This document shows positions 56,365 to 64,000 of a DNA stretch of 64,000 bases, piece after piece (the stretch's first letter is position 1; each line of letters begins with the position of its first letter). This DNA is from a virus. The stretch lies in IMG/VR virus record IMGVR_UViG_3300027983_002388. One strand, written 5' to 3'. The position numbers were made by a program, and so were the translations under genes. The notes under the pieces were generated by a model, which had not been told where the DNA came from, did not search any database, and saw only the letters and a program-made list of their open reading frames with translations.

Positions 56365-56547
56365 ATGCAACAGCTTGAGATTAAAGAAATCACAGCCGAA
56401 GAGGAACGACGCTTCTTGGTTAATCGGCGGGCCAGTCGGGAAACTATCATTCGGCAGTTTTCTAATGCTGACCCGGACACGTTGTCCGAAGAACAAAAAG
56501 ATGAAGTCCTGATCCAGATCAGAGACTTCAATTACGGTAACAAATAA
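56365..56547 (+). CDS. Small hypothetical protein
   Basis: AAGGA RBS. Confidence 0.55.
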   Translation: MQQLEIKEITAEEERRFLVNRRASRETIIRQFSNADPDTLSEEQKDEVLIQIRDFNYGNK

Positions 56548-56584
56548 TTACCCGAACAAGTCTATCCGAATCTTGGAGGGATAA

Positions 56585-57808
56585 ATGCCACGCAGAATTG
56601 AAGAAGACCACAAAGATTTCAGAGATGTAGTATCTGGCCGTATTCGGAGAGCTTTGAAGAAGTTCATCAAGAGCGGCCAGATCGTCCGAAATCGTGGTAA
56701 AAATGGCAAGATAGCAATCACCATTCCTAAGATCGACATCCCGCATATTGTTTATGGCAGTAGCGATGATGGTGTTGGTCGTGGACCTGGAAAAGATGGT
56801 GACGTTATTGGTCGTGATCCAAAGCCAGGAAAAGGCAATGGGGCTGGAGAAGGCGAAACCGAAGGCATCACCATTAACCTGGACCTTGAAGAAGTTCTCA
56901 AGTTCATGAAGGAAGAACTTCAACTTCCGAACCTGAAGAAGAAGCCAAACGAAATCTATGACGAAATCAAGATTAAATACAACAACATTTCGTTGATTGG
57001 ACCTGAATCTTTACGTCACAATAGACGCACGCTGATGCAGACTCTCAAGCGTCAGGCTGCTGAAGGCACTCTCAATAATCTCAAGTATGTTCCTGGTCTT
57101 CCTGACCCGGTGAGAGTATTGCAGCCCATCAAAGAAGACAAGCGATACCGTCAGTTCAATGAGATTAAGATTCCATCCAGCAATGCGTTGGTGATCTTTG
57201 CTCGTGACGGCTCTGGCAGCATGGACGACGCCAAGTGCGATATTATCAGTGATATGTCTTGGTGGATTGATACTTGGATTCGTCGCTTTTATGACCGAGT
57301 TGATCGTCTGTATGTGTGGCACGACTCGATGGCTATGGAAGTCGATGAAGAAAAATTCTATAAGTATCGGTTTGGTGGCGGCACCACATGCTCCTCAGCA
57401 TTGAAATTCATCACCAAACAGTTTGAGAATCGTTACCCGCCGAACAAGTGGAACATTTATGTGTTTTACTTTACTGACGGTGAAAATTGGGGTGATGATA
57501 ATGAGACTTTCATCAAGACTCTTCAGGACGAGTTCACTCCTGAAGTGGTGAACTTCACCGGCATCACCCAGATATTGTCATATACTTATGATGGGTCGGT
57601 AAAACATCAGGTTGACGAGGCAATCAAAGCTGGTCGTCTCGACAAGGAATATGTAAGAACTGTTTCTATCGGGCCGACGACTGAAGGTAAATCGACAGCA
57701 GGATATTACAGTCCACCAACTTTGAGCGAAGACGAACGGAACGAGCAAATCATGGATGCGATCAAAAAGTTGCTCGGCAATCCAGCCACAATTAGAGAGG
57801 AAGCATAA
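56585..57808 (+). CDS. yeaH: YeaH/YhbH (DUF444, VWA-domain) protein
   Basis: LPNLKKK, DGSGSM MIDAS-like motif, GGGTTCSSAL, WNIY..YFTDGENW. Confidence 0.92.
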   Translation: MPRRIEEDHKDFRDVVSGRIRRALKKFIKSGQIVRNRGKNGKIAITIPKIDIPHIVYGSSDDGVGRGPGKDGDVIGRDPKPGKGNGAGEGETEGITINLDLEEVLKFMKEELQLPNLKKKPNEIYDEIKIKYNNISLIGPESLRHNRRTLMQTLKRQAAEGTLNNLKYVPGLPDPVRVLQPIKEDKRYRQFNEIKIPSSNALVIFARDGSGSMDDAKCDIISDMSWWIDTWIRRFYDRVDRLYVWHDSMAMEVDEEKFYKYRFGGGTTCSSALKFITKQFENRYPPNKWNIYVFYFTDGENWGDDNETFIKTLQDEFTPEVVNFTGITQILSYTYDGSVKHQVDEAIKAGRLDKEYVRTVSIGPTTEGKSTAGYYSPPTLSEDERNEQIMDAIKKLLGNPATIREEA

Positions 57809-59400
57809 TGGGATTCATGCACGGTGCGCCAATGCTACTTGGCAACAATACGGTTCCTGGCGTGCAATTGTCGCCAGAACTGAAGATGTATATTCCAAAG
57901 ATTCTTCAGGCTTGCCGAGATTGGGGTCTGGACTTCTATCCAACTGTAGTTCAGTTGTTGACTTACGACGAGATCAGTGAAATTGCCGCCTATGGTGGTT
58001 TTCCTGTGCGTTTCCCGCACTGGTCTTTCGGTATGGAATATGAAGAACTTCAGCGAGGATATGAGTTTGGGATGCACAAGATTTACGAGATGGTAATCAA
58101 TACCAACCCGTGCTACATCTACAATCTCAGTTCCAATACTCTGCTCGATCACTTGACCGTTGTTGCCCACGCTACAGGACACAATGACTTTTTCAAGAAC
58201 AATATTCACTTCAGCGCTACCGATACGAACATGCTGAATAAGATGGCCAATCACGGCACTCGCATTCGTAAGTACATGGCTCGTTGGGGCAAGGAACGTG
58301 TTATTGAGTTTTTGGATTGGGTTATGAGGCTTGAAACTTTGATCGACGGAGCAGAAGCCTGGACTGATCGAGTCGTTTCTGAAAAGAACATTCGGGACGA
58401 GAGAACATACCGTCATCCAAGACGATTGACGGTAAACAAAGACCGTATGTACATGGAGCCTTTCTTAAACACAAAGGATTTCCGTGATCGAGAAAACGAG
58501 CGTATCTCTAAGCAAGATGTCGCTGATGAAATTGGCGTCTTTAAGGAGCCTACCAAAAACATCCTTGCTTATTTAAGAGATAACGCACCACTGAAACCGT
58601 GGCAGGCCGATATTGTGTCGATGTTATATGAAGAAGCAATTTACTTCTTCCCGCAACGTCAGACCAAGACCATAAATGAAGGATGGGCGTCGATGACTGA
58701 CTCGGTGATTATGGCCGAGCAGGGTTTCGTAGCACTTGGACAGAAGAGTCACGATTGCGGCATTATCGAATACGCCGATCACAAGATGGGTGTATTGGGC
58801 GGCAAGTATTCTATGAACCCATATAAGCTGGGATATTACCTGCTTAGGGATATTCGTAGCCGCTGGGACAAGGGACAGTTCGGACCTGAATGGGATGAAT
58901 GTACCGACATCCGAATCAAAGAAAAGTGGGATACGAAAGCCGGATTGGGTAAAGAGAAGATTTTCGAGGTTCGCAAATATTACGACGACTTCACTTTGCT
59001 CCATGAGTTCTTTACTGAAGACTTTTGCCGTGAACAAGAATACTTCCACTGGAAACACTTCCCGAATGGTGAATTCAAAATTGACAATCGTGAGTTCAAA
59101 GACATCAAGCGTCTTCTGCTCCGAAGGCATTTGAATGGCGGCTTGCCGGATATTCGCCTGACAGAGCCGAACTATCGTGGCAAGGGAGCTATGTTCCTTC
59201 AGCACAACTTTGATGGTCGTGATATTTACGAGCCATATGTCTTTGATGTATTGACCGCACTGCGGGCAGTGTGGGGAGAAGATGTCTATCTGGCATCTGA
59301 AGATGAAGATGGCAATGAGAAAGTTTATTGCTGTTACGGGACCGACAGCACAAAGGACGTGGAGCTTGTGTCTCGTAAGGAGCACATCAAGCGTGGATGA
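57808..59400 (+). CDS. spoVR: SpoVR/YcgB family protein
   Basis: GFPVRFPHWSFG, IYEMVINTNPC, HATGHNDFFKNN, PQRQTKTINEGWAS, NPYKLG. Confidence 0.95.
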   Translation: MGFMHGAPMLLGNNTVPGVQLSPELKMYIPKILQACRDWGLDFYPTVVQLLTYDEISEIAAYGGFPVRFPHWSFGMEYEELQRGYEFGMHKIYEMVINTNPCYIYNLSSNTLLDHLTVVAHATGHNDFFKNNIHFSATDTNMLNKMANHGTRIRKYMARWGKERVIEFLDWVMRLETLIDGAEAWTDRVVSEKNIRDERTYRHPRRLTVNKDRMYMEPFLNTKDFRDRENERISKQDVADEIGVFKEPTKNILAYLRDNAPLKPWQADIVSMLYEEAIYFFPQRQTKTINEGWASMTDSVIMAEQGFVALGQKSHDCGIIEYADHKMGVLGGKYSMNPYKLGYYLLRDIRSRWDKGQFGPEWDECTDIRIKEKWDTKAGLGKEKIFEVRKYYDDFTLLHEFFTEDFCREQEYFHWKHFPNGEFKIDNREFKDIKRLLLRRHLNGGLPDIRLTEPNYRGKGAMFLQHNFDGRDIYEPYVFDVLTALRAVWGEDVYLASEDEDGNEKVYCCYGTDSTKDVELVSRKEHIKRG

Positions 59401-59578
59401 GTCAAAAGTATTGACTGTATATGAGGAAGAAAGTTCTTATGAATTTATGTCTAGGCTCCAATTCGTCTTGATCGAGCTTGGAATAAAGGTCAGAGTAGTC
59501 GAAGAACATCCAGATTGTGCGATATATGCACTGTCACACGCTGAGAGAATAGATGGCAAAGAAAAAGAGTTCAATTGA
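59393..59578 (+). CDS. Small hypothetical protein
   Basis: Fills the gap between spoVR and the ClpP-like gene. Confidence 0.45.
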   Translation: MDESKVLTVYEEESSYEFMSRLQFVLIELGIKVRVVEEHPDCAIYALSHAERIDGKEKEFN

Positions 59579-60230
59579 TTTCCTGGAGTTGGTGAATCAG
59601 GTTCATAATTATGACTTGAATCCATTCAATCGTGAAATCTATTTACACAGCCATTATTCTGGACACGATGAAGAGAGTGGCATCGAATATCGGATGGCCA
59701 CTCAGTTCATCAAGAATTTGAATTTGCTGGATCAGGATGCCGAAGAAAATATCCTGATTCATCTGCATAGTCCAGGTGGTGATTGGATTCACGGCATGGC
59801 TATTTTTGACGCAATTTTAGTGGCTCGGTCTTCGGTGAATATCTTGGCTTATGGGGAAGTATCTTCGATGAGCAGTGTGCTGTTACAAGCGGCATGTAAG
59901 CGAGTCATGATGCCATCTTGTGAGTTCATGATTCATCGTGGGTTTTTGAGTTTGGAAGGCGTGGCGACCACAGTTCAATCGAATGCGGCGTGGAACAAAA
60001 AGACCGACATGAGAATGCTTCGACTATATGCGGGCAGAGCCGTGGACGGTCCTTTTTTTCGTCAAAATGACATGAACGAAAATCAGGTGGTTAAATTTAT
60101 CGACCAAAAAATACGCAAACTTGGCGATTGGAATCTCAGTGCAGAAGAAGCTGTCTATTACGGATTAGCAGACGGCGTATTCGGACAGCCTGGATATGAA
60201 TCGCTAGACAAAATAAGGAAATGTTCATGA
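59553..60230 (+). CDS. clpP: ClpP-like protease
   Basis: HSPGG, GEVSSMS (Ser), FMIH (His), DWNLSAEEAVYYGLAD (Asp). Confidence 0.85.
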   Translation: MAKKKSSIDFLELVNQVHNYDLNPFNREIYLHSHYSGHDEESGIEYRMATQFIKNLNLLDQDAEENILIHLHSPGGDWIHGMAIFDAILVARSSVNILAYGEVSSMSSVLLQAACKRVMMPSCEFMIHRGFLSLEGVATTVQSNAAWNKKTDMRMLRLYAGRAVDGPFFRQNDMNENQVVKFIDQKIRKLGDWNLSAEEAVYYGLADGVFGQPGYESLDKIRKCS

Positions 60231-60838
60231 CGACAATTGACTCCCAGGCACCCGGCGCTCGTGTAAGTTACGGTAAAGAAAAAGAAGAACAGGTCATTAG
60301 ATGCCTAAATGACAATTATGCCGATCACGGTTATAATCTCGTTCCAGGCAGCTTCTTTGAAGATTGCCAAGAGAAAACAGATTGTTGGCAAGTGACCAAG
60401 AGCGGCAAAAGATACCGTAGTGCCATTAAAGCCAGGGTGTCGAAGAATGATATTCTTGTTGCCATGCGTGATCCTTTCTATGGCATCAATCATCCAGAAA
60501 CAGTTATTGGGAGAGATGTACTGGTAGAGTATTTTCAGTATATCACATTATCCAAAGATGGTTCTGTTATTCGAGTTGCTAACGGCAAGATCATCCATCA
60601 GATGTGCAACGTCTTGTGGGAAGAGTTTTTGGAAAAAGTGGGCGATGTCGATATGACTAAACACCCATATAATAAAGCAAGGCCAGCCAAGCTCATGTCT
60701 TCGGAAACATATCCAGGTTGCGAGCTATGGCTACACTACGACCGCTGGAAAGGCCAGCCGAAAATGCTGGGGTTTATTCCTCCAGACATTTTGAAAGTCG
60801 GCAAAGAGATCAAGTACCACAATTTTATTCAGGAATGA
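60221..60838 (+). CDS. Hypothetical protein, probable nuclease fold; paralog of 12559-13179
   Basis: EDCQEKTDCW...AIKAR..NDILV..DPF. Confidence 0.6.
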   Translation: MFMTTIDSQAPGARVSYGKEKEEQVIRCLNDNYADHGYNLVPGSFFEDCQEKTDCWQVTKSGKRYRSAIKARVSKNDILVAMRDPFYGINHPETVIGRDVLVEYFQYITLSKDGSVIRVANGKIIHQMCNVLWEEFLEKVGDVDMTKHPYNKARPAKLMSSETYPGCELWLHYDRWKGQPKMLGFIPPDILKVGKEIKYHNFIQE

Positions 60839-60842
60839 TATT

Positions 60843-61067
60843 ATGGCTGACGAAATGAATTGGCTGTTAACCGACGAGTTCGTTGCGTTCTCAGCAAAGA
60901 TCAAAGATATTCATGAACGCAAGAAGACAAAGAAGTCTGAACTTAAAGCGTTCTATGACAAAATTCAGGTGGACATCAAGGCTCTTGAAGAGGAAGCCAA
61001 GGATGCTGAAGATGAATTCCAGAATTGGAAAAAAGGACAAGAAGTCGAAGACAAAACTGATGAATAA
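60843..61067 (+). CDS. Small coiled-coil protein
   Basis: 74 aa charged ORF. Confidence 0.65.
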   Translation: MADEMNWLLTDEFVAFSAKIKDIHERKKTKKSELKAFYDKIQVDIKALEEEAKDAEDEFQNWKKGQEVEDKTDE

Positions 61068-61136
61068 TAGGCTGGAAATAGGACTCCGGTTTGGTTATAC
61101 TGTTGCTTAACACAAAGAACCCAACCCGGAGTTAAT

Positions 61137-63731
61137 ATGACGCTAGAAATTTGCGGATTTGAACATTTACACCTTCATACGGATTTCAGCACCCTCGATG
61201 GCTACGGCATGGTTGAGGAATATGCGACTCGTGCGCCACTCATCAATCAAAAGTTTTTGACCATCTCAGATCACGGCATGTTGGGGGCCATCCCTCGTCA
61301 AATCAAAGCCTGTGACAAGATGAATGACAAAAAGGGAAAAGATACCCTATCTCCCATCTTCGCCTGTGAATTGTACGTCAACAGGCTTCAGCCCGAATCC
61401 AACGGTCTGGGTGACATGCAGAAGTTCATGGCTGATCTAAATGAAGATGAACAAAAGGAATGCCGTGCAGGATCGCATCTTTTGGCTATTGCCTACAACG
61501 AAATAGGCTATAAGAATCTGGTCCGTCTATCATCCTGGGCGTGGACCAAGGGATTCTATCGTCATCCTCGTGTCAACTACGAACAGCTTCAGAAGTACAA
61601 GGAAGGACTGTTCTTCACGTCTTGTTGCTACAACAGTGAAGTTGGACGGGCTTTTGACCAACACGGTGAAGACGCCGCTTTCGCTATGATCGAGCGATAT
61701 ATTGAGATGTTCGGCAAGGAACACTACTTGCTGGAAATCATGTTGCTCGATTTTGAAAAACAAAAACCATATGACGCCTTCATTATCAAGGCTAAAGAAA
61801 AGTATGGTTTGAAATTGATCCTCACCAATGACTGTTTAGTCGATGGAACTTTAATTTGGACACATTTAGGTTTTCAACTTATTGAAAACTTAAATGTTGG
61901 AGACATGGTTCTTACACATAATAATAGATATCGTCCTATTGAAGTTAAAGTCAGTCGTAAACTAAATCATGATGAAAGAGTTTTTGAAGTCAAAGCAACT
62001 GCTGGCACTTTTTCTTTTCAATCAACTGGAAATCACAAAATTTATGTAAAACAAGGGGTCGATTTTAATTGGATTAAAACATCGAATTTAAAAAAAGGCG
62101 ATTGTTTGGTTTATCCTGATTTTTCAAAATGTTCATTTTTTTCCAATCAAGATTTAGATTACATTGATCTTAGTGAATTCATCGAAGATGAAGATTTGTA
62201 TTCTGAAGTAACATATTCTAATAGACATAATTTGCGATGTGGCTTGCGTGAGAAGGACGGATATTATTTATCCCAAAGAGGATTTAGCGGCAATTCCACA
62301 GTTAAAATCCCGAAGTTATTTCCTGTAGATAAAGAATTTTGTCGAGTATTAGGATGGTACATTGCTGAAGGTTGGAGTGACACAAATTCGTACCAAGTTG
62401 GTTTTGCTCTTTCTATTCATGAACAAGATGTTGCTGATTTTTTAATTGCTTATTTTTCCAAATTTGGCATCAAAGTGAAGCAATATTCTGTTTCTGAAAA
62501 TGGGATTGCCATTAGATTTTCTAGCAAGGTATTCAATAGGGTTTTATCTAAAATATGTGGCAAAAAGGCTCTTAACAAACATTTGCCTTATATTAGTGGA
62601 ACTTGGATTGGTAAATTCAGTGAAAGTCAATTCAAGCAAATTATAGCTTGTCACCAGTTTGGTGATGGAAGTTATTTGAATGGAGTTTTTGCTTTTCACA
62701 GCACAAGCAAGAAATTGATTTTTGAGATAGCTTCTGTGTTAAACGCAATGGGATTTCCGTCAATTCCATCGGTTGATAAGAAAAAAAATGTTAATTGGAA
62801 TCAATGTTGGCATTTGAATTATTCTGGCGACGCCGGGAAAAAGCTAAGCAATTTTCTTTGTGGTGTATCACAGGATACAGGCAATTCTTCTTTGTGGACT
62901 TACGAGAATGAACATTGGTTGATTAAAATTCAAGAGGTCAATGAAATTGTTTACCAAGGAAATGTTCATGATTTTCAAGTTAAAGAAGATCATTCATTCA
63001 CGGCAAACATGGCTGTAGTTTCTAATTGTCACTACTGCCAAGCAGAAGACAGTCATTTTCAGCGGCTTATGTTGATGGTTCAAACGGGACGTACTCTGGA
63101 AGAGATCAAGAGTGCTATTGCCCAGGATCAGATGCAAGACTTCTTTGAGCTTCAGGACGCCAACCTTTGGATGAAGTCTGAAGAAGACCTGAATGCCAAG
63201 TGGGAGAAAGACTATAAGGATATTGTGCCTTATGAGCTTTTCTGTGAAGCCAAGCGAACGACTGTCGAAATCTGCAATAAAGCCAAGGGTGTTCAGCTTG
63301 ATCGCTCGCTTAAATTGCCAGTCATTCCAGATGCCGATGAAACTCTCAAAGAACTCGTCATGCGTGGCTTCAAGTGGCGTGGTTTGCCACAAACCAGAGA
63401 ATATACAGATCGCATCAAAGAAGAATACAGTCTCATTACCCGCAAGGGCTTCTCCAGTTACTTCTTGATTCAAAAGATGATGACAGATGAAGCACGACGG
63501 GTGTGTGTAGAGCTTCTGGGGTTTGGTGATGGTTCACAAGCTGTCGGTCCAGGTCGAGGCTCGGCGGTGGGCGCATTGACGTGTTATTGTTTGGGCATCA
63601 CGAATGTAGACCCTATCTATGAAGGGCTGTTGTTCAGTCGATTCATGAGCGAAGCTCGTGGTGGTCGAAGTATTGTTCTTGAGTTCAGAAACATGGACCC
63701 GCTCCCTCCAGAGGATGCGTTTGCAGCTTAA
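61137..63731 (+). CDS. dnaE: DNA polymerase III alpha N-terminal part (PHP domain plus start of palm), with intein
   Basis: HLHLHTDFSTLDG, ISDHG, GYKNL, TND/CHY, YFLI, GPGRGSAVGAL..YCLGITNVDP, LLFSRF; ends before the PDIDxD motif. Confidence 0.9.
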   Translation: MTLEICGFEHLHLHTDFSTLDGYGMVEEYATRAPLINQKFLTISDHGMLGAIPRQIKACDKMNDKKGKDTLSPIFACELYVNRLQPESNGLGDMQKFMADLNEDEQKECRAGSHLLAIAYNEIGYKNLVRLSSWAWTKGFYRHPRVNYEQLQKYKEGLFFTSCCYNSEVGRAFDQHGEDAAFAMIERYIEMFGKEHYLLEIMLLDFEKQKPYDAFIIKAKEKYGLKLILTNDCLVDGTLIWTHLGFQLIENLNVGDMVLTHNNRYRPIEVKVSRKLNHDERVFEVKATAGTFSFQSTGNHKIYVKQGVDFNWIKTSNLKKGDCLVYPDFSKCSFFSNQDLDYIDLSEFIEDEDLYSEVTYSNRHNLRCGLREKDGYYLSQRGFSGNSTVKIPKLFPVDKEFCRVLGWYIAEGWSDTNSYQVGFALSIHEQDVADFLIAYFSKFGIKVKQYSVSENGIAIRFSSKVFNRVLSKICGKKALNKHLPYISGTWIGKFSESQFKQIIACHQFGDGSYLNGVFAFHSTSKKLIFEIASVLNAMGFPSIPSVDKKKNVNWNQCWHLNYSGDAGKKLSNFLCGVSQDTGNSSLWTYENEHWLIKIQEVNEIVYQGNVHDFQVKEDHSFTANMAVVSNCHYCQAEDSHFQRLMLMVQTGRTLEEIKSAIAQDQMQDFFELQDANLWMKSEEDLNAKWEKDYKDIVPYELFCEAKRTTVEICNKAKGVQLDRSLKLPVIPDADETLKELVMRGFKWRGLPQTREYTDRIKEEYSLITRKGFSSYFLIQKMMTDEARRVCVELLGFGDGSQAVGPGRGSAVGALTCYCLGITNVDPIYEGLLFSRFMSEARGGRSIVLEFRNMDPLPPEDAFAA
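61833..63026 (+). mobile_element. Intein (398 aa) with in-frame LAGLIDADG endonuclease
   Basis: CLVDGTLI, STGNH, LGWYIAEG, QFGDGS, VHDFQVKEDHSF...VSN followed by Cys; AT-rich. Confidence 0.93.
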
Positions 63732-64000
63732 ATTTTGTCTATCGCATCCAGAACTTTCCTGAGCGGCACTTGGTTATTTTCGATGTAAAAGAATTGGTAT
63801 TGCTTTGGATCGCAACACGGTAGCGATGAGTATTCCATTTTCAATATCTCTGGCTCATCGCATTGTTCTGCAATTACTTCTCTGTGCCAATTGTGTTTTG
63901 CTAATGGTTTTTCATCAGGCATCGCAAGTATCATTCTTGGATGCTTGATGCCTCCGGCGTAGTGAGTCGTTCCTGTGTCTGTGCCAAGAAATATCTTGCT
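63728..64000 (-). CDS. 3' end of a GT9-like glycosyltransferase, runs off window edge
   Basis: Manual translation KIFLGTDTGTTHYAGG. Confidence 0.6.
   Translation of the reverse strand, partial: SKIFLGTDTGTTHYAGGIKHPRMILAMPDEKPLAKHNWHREVIAEQCDEPEILKMEYSSLPCCDPKQYQFFYIENNQVPLRKVLDAIDKI

Noticed and set aside
54215..59385. Long antisense ORFs (253, 209, 193 and 253 aa) opposite prkA and spoVR
   Set aside because: Shadows of strong codon bias on the coding strand; no recognisable motifs
1..64000. Stop-codon recoding
   Set aside because: Conserved genes are full length in the standard code and end at TAA, TAG and TGA next to following starts
1..64000. tRNA or rRNA genes
   Set aside because: No cloverleaf with T-loop and acceptor stem, or rRNA signature, was recognised by eye; tRNAscan-SE was not run

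Overview
The window looks like part of a large T4-like (jumbo) phage genome using the standard genetic code. Support comes from a gp23/gp24-family capsid paralog, gp41-like helicase, gp32-like SSB, UvsX/RecA, UvsY-like and gp55-like proteins, a gp4/TnsA-like nuclease and several small proteins with a T4 capsid-targeting-type N-terminus. It also carries nucleotide-metabolism genes (ThyX, dCMP deaminase, dNMP kinase), a ~12 kb glycan-modification cluster, HldE, a PrkA/YeaG-YeaH-SpoVR-ClpP block, a tRNA-repair-like trio (CCA enzyme, receiver-like phosphatase, 2H phosphoesterase), a PolA-like protein and an N-terminal-only DnaE with an intein. The most striking feature is an intein in a Ski2-like helicase: its LAGLIDADG endonuclease is a separate gene in the +1 frame with its own RBS, while the intein frame stays open across it (about 250 dual-coding codons). 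There are also several strongly base-paired intergenic RNA candidates, the largest about 550 nt just upstream of the PolA-like gene. All calls come from reading motifs by eye; no database searches or folding programs were run.
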